Shown: positions 27,842 through 37,293, numbered from the stretch's first letter. The stretch: DNA of 64,000 bases from Rhodospirillales bacterium (GCA_020638155.1 JACKJB010000005.1:5235-69234), one strand, 5' to 3'. The notes: a model not told the origin generated them from the sequence alone. A program made the numbers and translations.

Positions 27842-28537
27842 TCAGAACGGCGAAGACGGCTTAAATCCCGGTTTCGCCGTTTCCGTTAAGCCGTATAGCC
27901 CCCGCTTTAAAATCTCCTGCTCGACCCTTGGCATCAGGTCGCGCAGGTTTCTTTTACCCGCCTTTAAGTCCTGCAGGATCTGGCTTGAGGAGATATCGAA
28001 GCCCGGCGAGTCGATAAATGTCCAACCACTATTTTTTCCAGCCAGGTCTTCCGGGTTATCGACTTTTAAATGCGCCGCATATTTTGCCGCGACACTTTCC
28101 AGCGCCTTATCTCCGTCACCAGGCCGGGCCAGGACAGCCAGAGCGTGATTGTCTATGATCTCCTGCCAGCGGTTCCATTCATGGAAATTCGTCAGATTAT
28201 CCGCCCCCATAATCCAGACAAACTCGATATCAGGATAACGCCTTTCCAGTTCGGCCAGGGAATCGGCGGTCTGGGTCGAGGCAAAATCCTTCTCAATATC
28301 AGTCGGCTTGAGCCACGGATGAGCTTCGGCAATCATCCGGCACAGATCCATCCGGTCCTCGAGCGGGGCGTAGCGCGCCGGGTCCTTGAGCGGGTTTGAC
28401 GGGGTCACCATCATCCAGACTTCATCCAGCTTGAGAAAATGATACGCAAAGAACGCGGCAATAAAATGCCCGTAATGCGGCGGATTGAAAGACCCGCCAT
28501 ACAAGCCGACCCTTATCTTGCTTTGTTCCTGCGTCAT
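27842..28537 (-). CDS. nadD: Nicotinate-nucleotide adenylyltransferase
   Basis: GLYGGSFNPPHYGHF (the HxGH motif) lies near the N-terminus. I moved the start to the internal ATG (MTQEQSKIRVGLYGG), which removes a 35-aa extension. Confidence 0.85.
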   Translation of the reverse strand: MTQEQSKIRVGLYGGSFNPPHYGHFIAAFFAYHFLKLDEVWMMVTPSNPLKDPARYAPLEDRMDLCRMIAEAHPWLKPTDIEKDFASTQTADSLAELERRYPDIEFVWIMGADNLTNFHEWNRWQEIIDNHALAVLARPGDGDKALESVAAKYAAHLKVDNPEDLAGKNSGWTFIDSPGFDISSSQILQDLKAGKRNLRDLMPRVEQEILKRGLYGLTETAKPGFKPSSPF

Positions 28538-28640
28538 CTGAAGCTCTAAAAACCCTTGCTTTATATACATAATTTTGCTTAGGTGCCAAAATAACCATAA
28601 ACCGCTTATTTGACAAGTTTTTGCAGGAAAGAGAGCACTC

Positions 28641-30239
28641 ATGACTCTGACACGCGATCAAGGGTATCAGGAAAAACTGGCACAGCACGGGCCGCTTTGG
28701 GGCGATTTATACGCCCTGACCATGTCACAGGCTTTTTTCACCAACGACAAGCATGAGCTGAATACCGCGTTTCATGCCTTTATCCGCAAAAACCCGTTCG
28801 GCGGCAGTTACCTGATTACCGGCGGCCAGAATATTATCGCCGAGTGGCTCAGTGAGAACTGGAAATTCGGGCCACGGGAAACCGCATGGATGCGCGCACA
28901 GACCGCGGAGAACCCGGATACGGGCAAGCAGGAGCGCCTGTTCTCCGATGACTTCATCGATTATGTCGCAAACAGCAAGCTGGCGCTTAGCATCGAAGCG
29001 ATGCCCGAAGGCGAGCTGGCCTTCCCGGATGAACCGATTTACCGTGTGCGCGGGCCGCTATGGCAATGCCTGATGGTGGAAACCGCAATCCTGAACGCCA
29101 CGAACTCGCAATCGCTTTTTGCGACATTGGCGTCCCGCCTCGTTGAAGTGGCTGACGGCGCGCCGATCCTTGAGTTCGGCCTGCGCCGCGCACAGGCTAT
29201 CGGCGGTTACGAATCCTCGCGCGGGGCCTATCTCGGCGGCGCTGCCGGGGTATCCAATATGGAAGCGAGCATGAATTACGGCATTCCCGCCGCGGGGACA
29301 TTCGCCCATGCCTTTGTCATGACCTATGAAGACGAGCTTGACGCGTTCCGGGAATGGGCCGGATCCATGCCCTATAGCGGGGTGTTCCTGGTCGATACTT
29401 ACGACACGGTGGAAGGCGTTAAAAAAGCCGTACAGGCCTGCCAGGAAAAAGGCATCAGGCTCAAAGGCATCAGGCTTGATTCCGGGGACCTTGCCTGGCT
29501 GTCAAAACAGGCCCGCCAGATCATGGATGAAGCCGGGTTTACCGGCGCCAAAGTTGTCGCCTCCAACGACCTTGATGAAGAAACGATCGCCAGCATCAAA
29601 GCACAGGGCGGCAAAGTCGATATCTGGGGCGTGGGAACGAACCTTGCCACCGCCAAAGCGCAGCCTGCCCTCGGCGCCGTTTATAAGCTCGGTGCCGTTT
29701 ATGACGGTACACTCAGCCAGGCGGAAATCGATGCGACACGCGCGCTGATCCAGCAGGGAAAGATGCCGCTTGATGAAGATTTCGTCCGCAATGTCGTCAA
29801 GCTGTCTGAAGATGCCGTTAAAACCACCATCCCCGGCGAGCTCGATGTGCTGCGCTACATTTTCCGCGATGCCGACGGTTCCGCCCGCTATAACGGGGAT
29901 ACAATCCTTTCCGCGCTCCAGCCCGACCCGATCCAAAAAGGCGCGCTGGCCCGTCCGATCGTTTCCGTTCGTAAAACCGATGATACGATGCGTAAACGTT
30001 TTAATGCGCAAACCGAAGTTTACCGCCCGCTGAAACCGTTCTTCGATCAGGGCACACTGGTACGGCCGCTTGAGACCATCCATGAAGCGCGGGCGCGGGC
30101 ACAGGAAGGGCTTAGCCGCCTTGATTCAACACATAAGCGGCTTAAAAACCCGCATGTTTATGTCGTCGGGATTGAAGAGACCCTGTATAACGAGCGCCGC
30201 CGGATGATTATGGATCTGCGCAGCGGCCCTAAAATTTAA
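28641..30239 (+). CDS. pncB: Nicotinate phosphoribosyltransferase (long form)
   Basis: 532 aa. Family-like blocks: EFGLRRAQAIGG, GTFAHAFVM, GIRLDSGDL. Divergent from nadD and followed by pncA. Confidence 0.8.
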   Translation: MTLTRDQGYQEKLAQHGPLWGDLYALTMSQAFFTNDKHELNTAFHAFIRKNPFGGSYLITGGQNIIAEWLSENWKFGPRETAWMRAQTAENPDTGKQERLFSDDFIDYVANSKLALSIEAMPEGELAFPDEPIYRVRGPLWQCLMVETAILNATNSQSLFATLASRLVEVADGAPILEFGLRRAQAIGGYESSRGAYLGGAAGVSNMEASMNYGIPAAGTFAHAFVMTYEDELDAFREWAGSMPYSGVFLVDTYDTVEGVKKAVQACQEKGIRLKGIRLDSGDLAWLSKQARQIMDEAGFTGAKVVASNDLDEETIASIKAQGGKVDIWGVGTNLATAKAQPALGAVYKLGAVYDGTLSQAEIDATRALIQQGKMPLDEDFVRNVVKLSEDAVKTTIPGELDVLRYIFRDADGSARYNGDTILSALQPDPIQKGALARPIVSVRKTDDTMRKRFNAQTEVYRPLKPFFDQGTLVRPLETIHEARARAQEGLSRLDSTHKRLKNPHVYVVGIEETLYNERRRMIMDLRSGPKI

Positions 30240-30251
30240 AGGAGAAAACGC

Positions 30252-30944
30252 ATGTCACAAGCCCAAAGATTTTCAGATGACACCGCACTGGTCATCGTCG
30301 ATGTGCAGAATGATTTCTGCCCCGGCGGTAATCTGGCCGTTCCCGGCGGCGATGAAATCATTGAAACTATCAACGCGCTTAAGAAAAAATTCAATACCGT
30401 TGTCCTGACCAAGGACTGGCACCCGGCAGGGCACCAATCCTTTGCCAGCAGCCATGACGGCAAGGCTCCGCTGGAGCTGATAAACATGCCTTACGGCCCG
30501 CAAGTATTGTGGCCGGATCACTGCGTTCAGGACAGTGAGGGCGCTGCGTTCCATACGAACCTCGCGCTCGCGCCGACCGATCTGATCCTGCATAAGGGGA
30601 CCAATGCGGCGATCGATTCCTATTCCGGCTTTTTTGAAAACGACGGCAAAACCCGGCCGCAGTTTGATGACGGCAAAACGCTGACCGAAGCTTTACGGGA
30701 AAAAGGCATCAAAAATGTCGTGTTTGTCGGGCTGGCCTACGATTTTTGCGTCGGCTGGCATGCGCTTGATGCGATCAAGGAAGGGTTTAATGCGCTCGTC
30801 GCTAAAGATGCGACGCGCTCCATCGCGATCCCCGGCGCAGACGGCGGCCCGGATACGGACGCGGTGATGACAGACCAGCTTGCACAGGCCGGCGCGATCG
30901 TTACAGAAACCAAAGCGCTGGAAAATATCCTGCGCCCTGCCTGA
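30252..30944 (+). CDS. pncA: Nicotinamidase/pyrazinamidase (isochorismatase fold)
   Basis: ALVIVDVQNDFCPGGNLAVPGGDEII, plus a catalytic Cys context GLAYDFCVGWHALDA. Confidence 0.88.
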   Translation: MSQAQRFSDDTALVIVDVQNDFCPGGNLAVPGGDEIIETINALKKKFNTVVLTKDWHPAGHQSFASSHDGKAPLELINMPYGPQVLWPDHCVQDSEGAAFHTNLALAPTDLILHKGTNAAIDSYSGFFENDGKTRPQFDDGKTLTEALREKGIKNVVFVGLAYDFCVGWHALDAIKEGFNALVAKDATRSIAIPGADGGPDTDAVMTDQLAQAGAIVTETKALENILRPA

Positions 30945-30965
30945 TCTATACGTTCCTTAAATAAC

Positions 30966-30991
30966 AAAAATCCCCGCCACATTGTGACGGG
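30966..30991. repeat. Left 26-bp hairpin repeat bounding the NERD cassette; acts as a minus-strand terminator
   Basis: AAAAATCCCCGCCACATTGTGACGGG. It matches the reverse complement of 32171-32196 at 24 of 26 aligned columns. Read on the minus strand it is a stem-loop followed by TTTTT. Confidence 0.7.
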
Positions 30992-31012
30992 GGTACGGAG
31001 CATGCCGCAATT

Positions 31013-32086
31013 TCATGACATTCTCATTCTCAAATAATCACAAATACTTCCAATTTCGGTACTGTTAAAAACAGGATCGAAATAAGTTACATACCCATTC
31101 AGTTCCTTCAGGGACAAAATTTTCACATGCTTAAATTCTTCTCTTGGTTTTGCGTTGGTCATTACGATGAGATTTTTAACAGGTATTTGTTTGCTACCCC
31201 AATGATGGCTTTCCAAATTTATGTTATGGCGGGACTGGCTATTAAGCAGAACAAATAAAGCATAACTTGATCTCATGATTTGTTTGACGGGCGACCTAAG
31301 ATCAATGCTTTTGACTGATTGTTTGCCCCAGTTTTTTGTTTCTAAAATAAATATGCCCGCTTCACAGACAAGAAGGTGATCTATTTGAATACTGTATATC
31401 CTGTCGTCTTCTTTCTTATTATAAATAGGCGGATCAAATTCTACTGAAAAATCGTTAAATAAGTGAAAGTTATCGGGTAGCTTTTGGATTTCTTTTATTA
31501 CGGAATTTTCGCCTATTGCTCCAGCAATCAAATTATAAAGACCATCAATTACGTCTTTCGTTCTTTCTAATTCCCGAGATACTTGCAAGCAACGTTCCGA
31601 GGAAAGCTCGGCCCTATTTTGGGTATAATCATCTAATTTTCTTTTAACCCGATAAATATCCTGTTGTGCACTTTGAGCGCCTTTGTCTACCAAGCTTTTA
31701 AAGTTTTTTTCAAACTTCGATATTTTCTTAATTAGTTTTTTTTCTTTAGAGTGAAAAAATATCTTATAAATAAAGTTCCTGTTGACCCTTTTTTTGATAA
31801 CTGCCAATTCTTCTTCCAGGTTTTCAATTTCAATATTTATTTCGTTGGTAACGCTAGCTTTTAAAGCATCATAGTCTTGCTGGCATTTGGAAAGATCGAT
31901 ACGTAGCTGGTTTATTTCAATATCAAATTCATGTTCAATTACTTTTGGTATCTCATTCTTTTCCGTTTCATAATTTTTTATAAAATCATTGATCTCGCCA
32001 ATAGAGCCAAAACGAGTGATCCCATTTTGTTCCAGGGTCTCTTTCAATTTTTTGAGTGGTTCAATTTGACCTTCAATTACAGCCAT
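31013..32086 (-). CDS. NERD-domain protein with an N-terminal coiled coil
   Basis: GAIGENSVIKEIQKL...IQIDHLLVCEAGIFILETKNWGKQS is the NERD signature. The N-terminal ~190 aa is heptad-rich. The gene is visibly AT-rich compared with both flanks. Confidence 0.8.
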   Translation of the reverse strand: MAVIEGQIEPLKKLKETLEQNGITRFGSIGEINDFIKNYETEKNEIPKVIEHEFDIEINQLRIDLSKCQQDYDALKASVTNEINIEIENLEEELAVIKKRVNRNFIYKIFFHSKEKKLIKKISKFEKNFKSLVDKGAQSAQQDIYRVKRKLDDYTQNRAELSSERCLQVSRELERTKDVIDGLYNLIAGAIGENSVIKEIQKLPDNFHLFNDFSVEFDPPIYNKKEDDRIYSIQIDHLLVCEAGIFILETKNWGKQSVKSIDLRSPVKQIMRSSYALFVLLNSQSRHNINLESHHWGSKQIPVKNLIVMTNAKPREEFKHVKILSLKELNGYVTYFDPVFNSTEIGSICDYLRMRMS

Positions 32087-32170
32087 CTTTAAAAAATATC
32101 TTAAATTAACGCGTCATATGACCATAGCTTACCCAAAATCTGGAATATTCTGAGCAGAAACCATACTCTT

Positions 32171-32196
32171 CCCGTACAATGTGACGGGGATTTTTT
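32171..32196. repeat. Right 26-bp hairpin repeat bounding the NERD cassette; a plus-strand hairpin plus T6
   Basis: CCCGTACAATGTGACGGGGATTTTTT is the inverted partner of 30966-30991. Confidence 0.7.
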
Positions 32197-32213
32197 ATGT
32201 ATCAAAAAATAGT

Positions 32214-32501
32214 CTAAAGATCGGTCGCATCGCTGCGCAGGGTTTCGAGCGCCTTTTTAATGGCTTCTGCGGTAGAGCGGTTTTCTTTGGTGTCTTCTTC
32301 ATCGCCTGCGGCCGGGGCGATTTCGGACAGGGATTCTGCCGTGGCATCGGCATCATCGGCAACCATCAGGGAAGACGGATCCCCGAAACCCGGGTGCTGC
32401 GTGTTCGCGAACGGCGCGCCGAAACCGCCATCATCTTCAGTGGCGAGGGCCGGAGCGGCCGCCAGCAGCAGTAAAACGGACAAAATCGTGAAAAACTTCA
32501 T
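32214..32501 (-). CDS. Small secreted acidic protein
   Basis: Signal peptide MKFFTILSVLLLLAAAPALA|TEDDGG, then a low-complexity acidic body. Confidence 0.5.
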   Translation of the reverse strand: MKFFTILSVLLLLAAAPALATEDDGGFGAPFANTQHPGFGDPSSLMVADDADATAESLSEIAPAAGDEEDTKENRSTAEAIKKALETLRSDATDL

Positions 32502-32516
32502 ATTAAAGCTCCTTAC

Positions 32517-32639
32517 CTAAAGCTTCTGGATCGATTCCCCGGCTTTTTCAATATCACGGCCCATGCCTTCTACCGTATTGCATGCGCTCAGGGTCAGCCC
32601 TGAAAGCAGCAAAAGCGCCGATATAACCCAAATTTTCAT
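32517..32639 (-). CDS. Entericidin A/B-family small lipoprotein (40 aa; not in the supplied ORF track)
   Basis: My own translation gives MKIWVISALLLLSGLTLSACNTVEGMGRDIEKAGESIQKL*. It has a lipobox (LSAC) followed by the NTVxGxGxDIxxAG motif typical of EcnA/B. Confidence 0.7.
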   Translation of the reverse strand: MKIWVISALLLLSGLTLSACNTVEGMGRDIEKAGESIQKL

Positions 32640-32759
32640 CATAGAACTCCTTGCATGGTTGGTTTGTTTTACCATAAAACAATACAAAACAAAAGCTTTT
32701 ATCCATAAAAGCTTTATGTTACCGATAGCCTTAAATAACTATAAAAAGGGAGCGTAAGC

Positions 32760-34565
32760 ATGTCAAAACCGATTAAAGCCGGGGCGCAGCATTATCCGCA
32801 GCAGGCGCGCGGGATGAATAATTTCATCCATGACCGCAATTTGCGGCGGTACCTGCACAGGCTTTACCCGGACATGCTGCGCCGCCAAAGCGCTACCCTT
32901 GAGAGCCTTGGCGCTTTTTGCGGCGGCCGGCTGGATGCGCAGGCGGCTTACAGCGACCGGATCGCCCCGCCTAAACTGGTACAGGATCTTGACCGCGTCA
33001 CCGCGCCAGGCAAACGCACCGGCCGGGTTGTCGCCAATGAGGATTACAAGGACTGCCAGCAGGAGCTGTACCGGCACGGGGTGATCGCCAAATGTTTTGA
33101 TCCGCAGGCGCCGGAGCCGCATATGCTGGCTTTTACCGCGCAGTATATGGCGTCATACACCGATATTTCGACCGGCTGTCCGCTGGCGATGACCCATCCG
33201 AACGCGCTGGCGCTGGCGACCCGCGCCCCAAAAGAGGTGCGCGAGGCGTTCCTGCCGCAATATCTGCGTACCGACGGCAAGACCATGGTCGGCGGCACCT
33301 GGGCGACCGAATGGGCCGGGGGCAGCGATGTCAAAGGCAATACCGAAACGCGCGCGCATCTGACCGGCCCCACGCAATGCATCGTCAATGGCCGGAATTT
33401 TTTCACCAGCGCGATGGGGTTCGACAGCTGGGGCGCGATCAAGACCGTTAAGATGGATCGCGGGCAGGGCGAAGGCATCGCGCTCGTCTTCGTCACCCGC
33501 TTTACCGACCGGGACTGGGACACCCCGGAACACACCCGCAAAGAGAACAGTGTGCACGTCACGCATTTAAAGGAAAAATCCGGCACGACCGGATTGCCGA
33601 CCGCCGAGATTGAGCTGCGCAACGCTACAGGGCACCTGATCGCCGATGAGAAAAACGGCCTGCGGGCGATGATGGAAGCGCTGGGCTGCAGCCGGGTCCA
33701 TAACGCCATGGCCGCCGCCGGGGTGATGCACCGCGCTTATGTCGAAGCGATGTGCTGGACGGCACACCGCAGGACCTTCGGCGATACGCTGGATACGCGC
33801 CCCGATATACAGGAGGATCTGCTGCAGCTGAAAACCGCCTGGCTCGGCGGGGCGGCCCTCGCCTTTGAAGCCGCCCGCAGCTTTGATGACGCGCTCAAAG
33901 ACCCGGTCCACAAGCCGTGGCTGCGCGTGGCAACGGCGCTGGCCAAATATATGACCGCCGAGCAGGCCACCACCTGCACCGCAAAAGTGACCGAGCTGGT
34001 CGGCGGGATCGGCTATACCAGGGATCACCCGATCGAGCGGATCCACCGCGATGCCATGGTCCTGCGGGTCTGGGAAGGGCCTAAAAATATCCAGGCCAAA
34101 GATTTAATGTTCATGCTCGGCAGGCAAGGCGGGATGGACGCTTTTGATGCCCGCCTGCGCACGATCAGCGCCGCCCTGCCCGTGTGCATGAGTAACGAAA
34201 AAGCCAGCCTGCGGCAGGTTTACAGCAATCTTCAAACCGGGCTGCAGGACGTCGTGAAGGCACAAGACCCCGCGATCCGCGAAGCCGCCGGGCCGCGGGT
34301 CCTGCATGAGATGGCGAAGGTGCTGACTTATGCGCTGCTGTGCGAAGAGGCCGGGCACGAACTTACGCAGAACAATGATGTCAACAAGTTACTTACCGCC
34401 CGGTATTTTCAGGAACAACATTTCGGAACGCCCAGCGCCGACCTTGCCAAAAAACACGGCCTGCAGGCCCATTTCACAGCCACCGCACAAGGCCTGCCGG
34501 TCAGGCCGGATGATTTAGAAACCGGGGATCCTGTGAAAGGCTGCGGCGCTCATTTCAAACGTTAA
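32760..34565 (+). CDS. Acyl-CoA dehydrogenase family protein (AidB-like long form)
   Basis: 601 aa. The C-terminal GGIGYTRDHPIERIHRDAMVLRVWEGPKNI is the ACAD C-terminal signature, and the N-terminal extension is AidB-like. Confidence 0.75.
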   Translation: MSKPIKAGAQHYPQQARGMNNFIHDRNLRRYLHRLYPDMLRRQSATLESLGAFCGGRLDAQAAYSDRIAPPKLVQDLDRVTAPGKRTGRVVANEDYKDCQQELYRHGVIAKCFDPQAPEPHMLAFTAQYMASYTDISTGCPLAMTHPNALALATRAPKEVREAFLPQYLRTDGKTMVGGTWATEWAGGSDVKGNTETRAHLTGPTQCIVNGRNFFTSAMGFDSWGAIKTVKMDRGQGEGIALVFVTRFTDRDWDTPEHTRKENSVHVTHLKEKSGTTGLPTAEIELRNATGHLIADEKNGLRAMMEALGCSRVHNAMAAAGVMHRAYVEAMCWTAHRRTFGDTLDTRPDIQEDLLQLKTAWLGGAALAFEAARSFDDALKDPVHKPWLRVATALAKYMTAEQATTCTAKVTELVGGIGYTRDHPIERIHRDAMVLRVWEGPKNIQAKDLMFMLGRQGGMDAFDARLRTISAALPVCMSNEKASLRQVYSNLQTGLQDVVKAQDPAIREAAGPRVLHEMAKVLTYALLCEEAGHELTQNNDVNKLLTARYFQEQHFGTPSADLAKKHGLQAHFTATAQGLPVRPDDLETGDPVKGCGAHFKR

Positions 34566-35560
34566 GAAGAGGCCTGGTTCTTCTTTTCCTCGGCTTTGGT
34601 CTTCAGGAACGACAGGGCAAAGCCGCCGACCAGAATCCCCAGCGTTAAGCTCAGCGAGAGCCAGGACGGCACATGGCCGCCAGTAAATTCAGCATAAAAC
34701 GCCTTAAGCCCGATAATCACCAGAATCAACGAAAGCGCATAATTCATATAGCTGAAGCGGTGAATAATCGCGGTCAGCACGAAATACATCGCCCGCAGGC
34801 CGATAATCGCGAAAATGTTACTGGTATAGGCGATAAACGTATCGGTGGTGATCGCGAAAACCGCCGGAACACTGTCAAAGGCGAAAATCACATCGGCGCA
34901 TTCAATCGTGACCAGCGCCAAAAACAGCGGAGTCGCATGGGCCACAAACTTCCCGTTTTTCTTATGCCGCTCCTTCACAAAGAAATCATGGCCGTTAATC
35001 GTCGTCGTCACCGGGATATATTTTTTCAGGAATTTAATAATACGGTTTTCCTCAATCGCCGGGTGCTCGTCCTCGGACAGCAGCAGCTTGATCCCGGTGA
35101 AAATCAGGAAAGCGGCAAAGACCAGCAGGATCCAGTCAAAGCGGTGCACCAGCGCAAGCCCCGCCCCGATCATAATCGCCCGGAAGACAATCACGCCGAT
35201 AATCCCCCAGAACAGTACCCGGTGCTGGTACATCGCCGGAACACCGAAATAGCCGAAGATCAGCGACATCACGAAAATATTATCGAGCGAAAGGCTTTGT
35301 TCAACCAGGTAGGCGGTAAAAAAATCCATCCCGCTCTCAGGCCCGATTTTTACCCAGACCCAGACCCCGAAAGCACAGGCTATGCCGAAATACAGCGAGG
35401 CCAGCTTCAGGCTCTCGCCCACGCCGGCCTCATGATCCCTGCGGTTCAGAAAGCTTAAGTCAAACACCATCAGCGCCAGGATGAGGGTCAGGAATCCGGC
35501 CCAGAAAATCAACGGCTGTTCGCCGATCGTGACGTCAAATAAAATAGAAATCAGGTCCAT
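34562..35560 (-). CDS. TerC/Alx family integral membrane protein
   Basis: Multi-TM protein with EQSLSLDNIFV and FAFDSVPAVFAIT motifs. Confidence 0.85.
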   Translation of the reverse strand: MDLISILFDVTIGEQPLIFWAGFLTLILALMVFDLSFLNRRDHEAGVGESLKLASLYFGIACAFGVWVWVKIGPESGMDFFTAYLVEQSLSLDNIFVMSLIFGYFGVPAMYQHRVLFWGIIGVIVFRAIMIGAGLALVHRFDWILLVFAAFLIFTGIKLLLSEDEHPAIEENRIIKFLKKYIPVTTTINGHDFFVKERHKKNGKFVAHATPLFLALVTIECADVIFAFDSVPAVFAITTDTFIAYTSNIFAIIGLRAMYFVLTAIIHRFSYMNYALSLILVIIGLKAFYAEFTGGHVPSWLSLSLTLGILVGGFALSFLKTKAEEKKNQASS

Positions 35561-35672
35561 GGTCTACTCGCGAAAAATCCGGAAAAGGGCCACCCAAAAA
35601 CGGCCCGGCGCAGCCATCATACCAGATCACAGCCAACTCTCATAATGGAATGCGCGGCCTTCTTACAGGCCG

Positions 35673-36095
35673 CTATTCATCGACTGCGTAGCCGACAACC
35701 TGCATATACTGGACGAATTTTTCGGCACTGAAATCTGATTTGAGCATAAAACCGGTCGCCCCGGCTTTTTTACATTCATCGCGGGTAACATTGGTGGCGA
35801 TCCCGGTCAGCACGATCAGCGGGATATTGCCGGGCAGGATACGCCGGATTTCATAAACCGCGCTGGCGCCGATACTGTCGGTCATATTCAGGTCGGTAAA
35901 GACGATATCGAAGGGTTTTTGCTGCAACAGCGGCCTGCCTTCTTTAAGCGAACCGACGACCGAGATATTCAGGTTTTCAAACTGCCTGCCGCAATAACGC
36001 TCAAATATTTCAACGTCAAAAGGGTTATCTTCAATCAATAATAACTCGACATCCCTGCACGCTACGGGATCGGCAAAATCGATCTGGCTGGCCAC
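35673..36095 (-). CDS. Single-domain response regulator (CheY-like receiver)
   Basis: LLIEDNPFDVE...DIVFTDLNMTDSIG...IVLTG...K layout. 140 aa with no output domain. Confidence 0.8.
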   Translation of the reverse strand: MASQIDFADPVACRDVELLLIEDNPFDVEIFERYCGRQFENLNISVVGSLKEGRPLLQQKPFDIVFTDLNMTDSIGASAVYEIRRILPGNIPLIVLTGIATNVTRDECKKAGATGFMLKSDFSAEKFVQYMQVVGYAVDE

Positions 36096-36253
36096 AGCCT
36101 TACTCCTCTCACATATAATTTTTTATTTAATAATTTTCGCCATTTGTATCCCTATACATAAGTTGCTTATACAACCAATAAGGATTGAATGATAAAATAT
36201 ACAACTTTAACTATATCGTGTTTTGGAGAAAGTTTCAAAAACTAAGAGGAAAA

Positions 36254-36329
36254 TGGTGGACCCGAACGGGATCGAACCGTCGACCTTTGCAATGCCATTG
36301 CAACGCTCTCCCAGCTGAGCTACGGGCCC
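36254..36329 (-). tRNA. tRNA-Ala (anticodon GGC)
   Basis: The reverse complement is GGGCCCGTAGCTCAGCTGGGAGAGCGTTGCAATGGCATTGCAAAGGTCGACGGTTCGATCCCGTTCGGGTCCACCA. It folds as a cloverleaf with anticodon loop AT-GGC-AT, has the G3:U70 alanine identity pair, and encodes its CCA. Confidence 0.93.
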
Positions 36330-36404
36330 TTAAGAAATAATGCGCTGAAAATAGGGAGTTTCGCCGCCGCAGGCAAGCAAAAACTTCAAAAACGGGAAAT
36401 CGCC

Positions 36405-37145
36405 TTATTCCTTGCCGGAATCCGCTTCCGGGACGGTTGAGCCGGAAACCTCGTCCGCCGCATCTTCGCGGGTTTCATAAACCAGCCACGCCGGGTCGCG
36501 GGACCGCAAGGACCGGCCAAAGGTCCAGACATCGATGGTTTCGGTGATGCGCTCCGGATTGCCGAAAATGACCTGTCCGGCAGCGTCTTTGACGATGCTG
36601 GTTTCATCAGCGGTAAAGCGCACGGTGATATAAGCCACCTTGTCTTTAATCTGCGCATCCATCACTTCGGACTTGCGGATGGCGTGAATTTCCACGCTGG
36701 CGGTTTCGTTTTTCGCGGCGCGCTCATCAATCACACCGCAGAATGCTTTATAAACCGGGTCACTCAGCAGGCCGCGCAGCGTATCTTTATCGCCTTCGGC
36801 GAAAGCTTCGATAATCATAATGAAGGCATCCTGCGCCCCGGTCAGGAAATAGGACAGCTCGAAAGAGCGGTCGGCGCGGGCAATATCCTGCAAGCCCTGC
36901 TCAGCCGTCTGGTTTTCAATGCTCATATTGCGGGCAAGCCCGGCAGCCATATCTTCCGGCTGTCCCGGCAGAACCGGTGCCCCGGCGGCCAACTCTGGCG
37001 CAGGCTGTTTTTTCATCGGATCGGTATGGGATGTAAACGGGTTGGGACGGTCCTGTTCGTCCCCGTGTCTGGTCCCTAAAAGACCCCGCAGCCAGAATAC
37101 GAGCCCGGCGGCAATCACGGCGTAAAGAATAATATCTGCAGGCAC
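36405..37145 (-). CDS. Tim44-like domain protein
   Basis: N-terminal TM helix MPADIILYAVIAAGLVFWL, a linker, then a Tim44-like C-terminal domain (YITVRFTADETSIVKD...WTFGR). Its position next to fxsA and secB is typical of alphaproteobacteria. Confidence 0.75.
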   Translation of the reverse strand: MPADIILYAVIAAGLVFWLRGLLGTRHGDEQDRPNPFTSHTDPMKKQPAPELAAGAPVLPGQPEDMAAGLARNMSIENQTAEQGLQDIARADRSFELSYFLTGAQDAFIMIIEAFAEGDKDTLRGLLSDPVYKAFCGVIDERAAKNETASVEIHAIRKSEVMDAQIKDKVAYITVRFTADETSIVKDAAGQVIFGNPERITETIDVWTFGRSLRSRDPAWLVYETREDAADEVSGSTVPEADSGKE

Positions 37146-37293
37146 TTGAAAATCCTTTATTTACCTTATGTTTACAGTATAACACAGTATTTGCGGTCAA
37201 ATGGTTAAAGATGCTAGGGTATGCCGCAATATCCAACCTCACTTAAATAAGCGCCAAAGCGCCAAAGCGCAAGGGCCGGAAGGTGACTATTTT

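Noticed and set aside
34673-35458. 261-aa plus-strand ORF
   Set aside because: It is antisense to the TerC-family membrane protein gene, and its translation is Arg/His/Gln-rich junk.
35561-35672. Possible yybP-ykoY (Mn) riboswitch upstream of the TerC-family gene
   Set aside because: The 112-nt spacer lacks the conserved riboswitch motifs as I recall them, and part of it is taken up by a hairpin after the upstream response-regulator gene. A covariance-model scan would be the decisive check.
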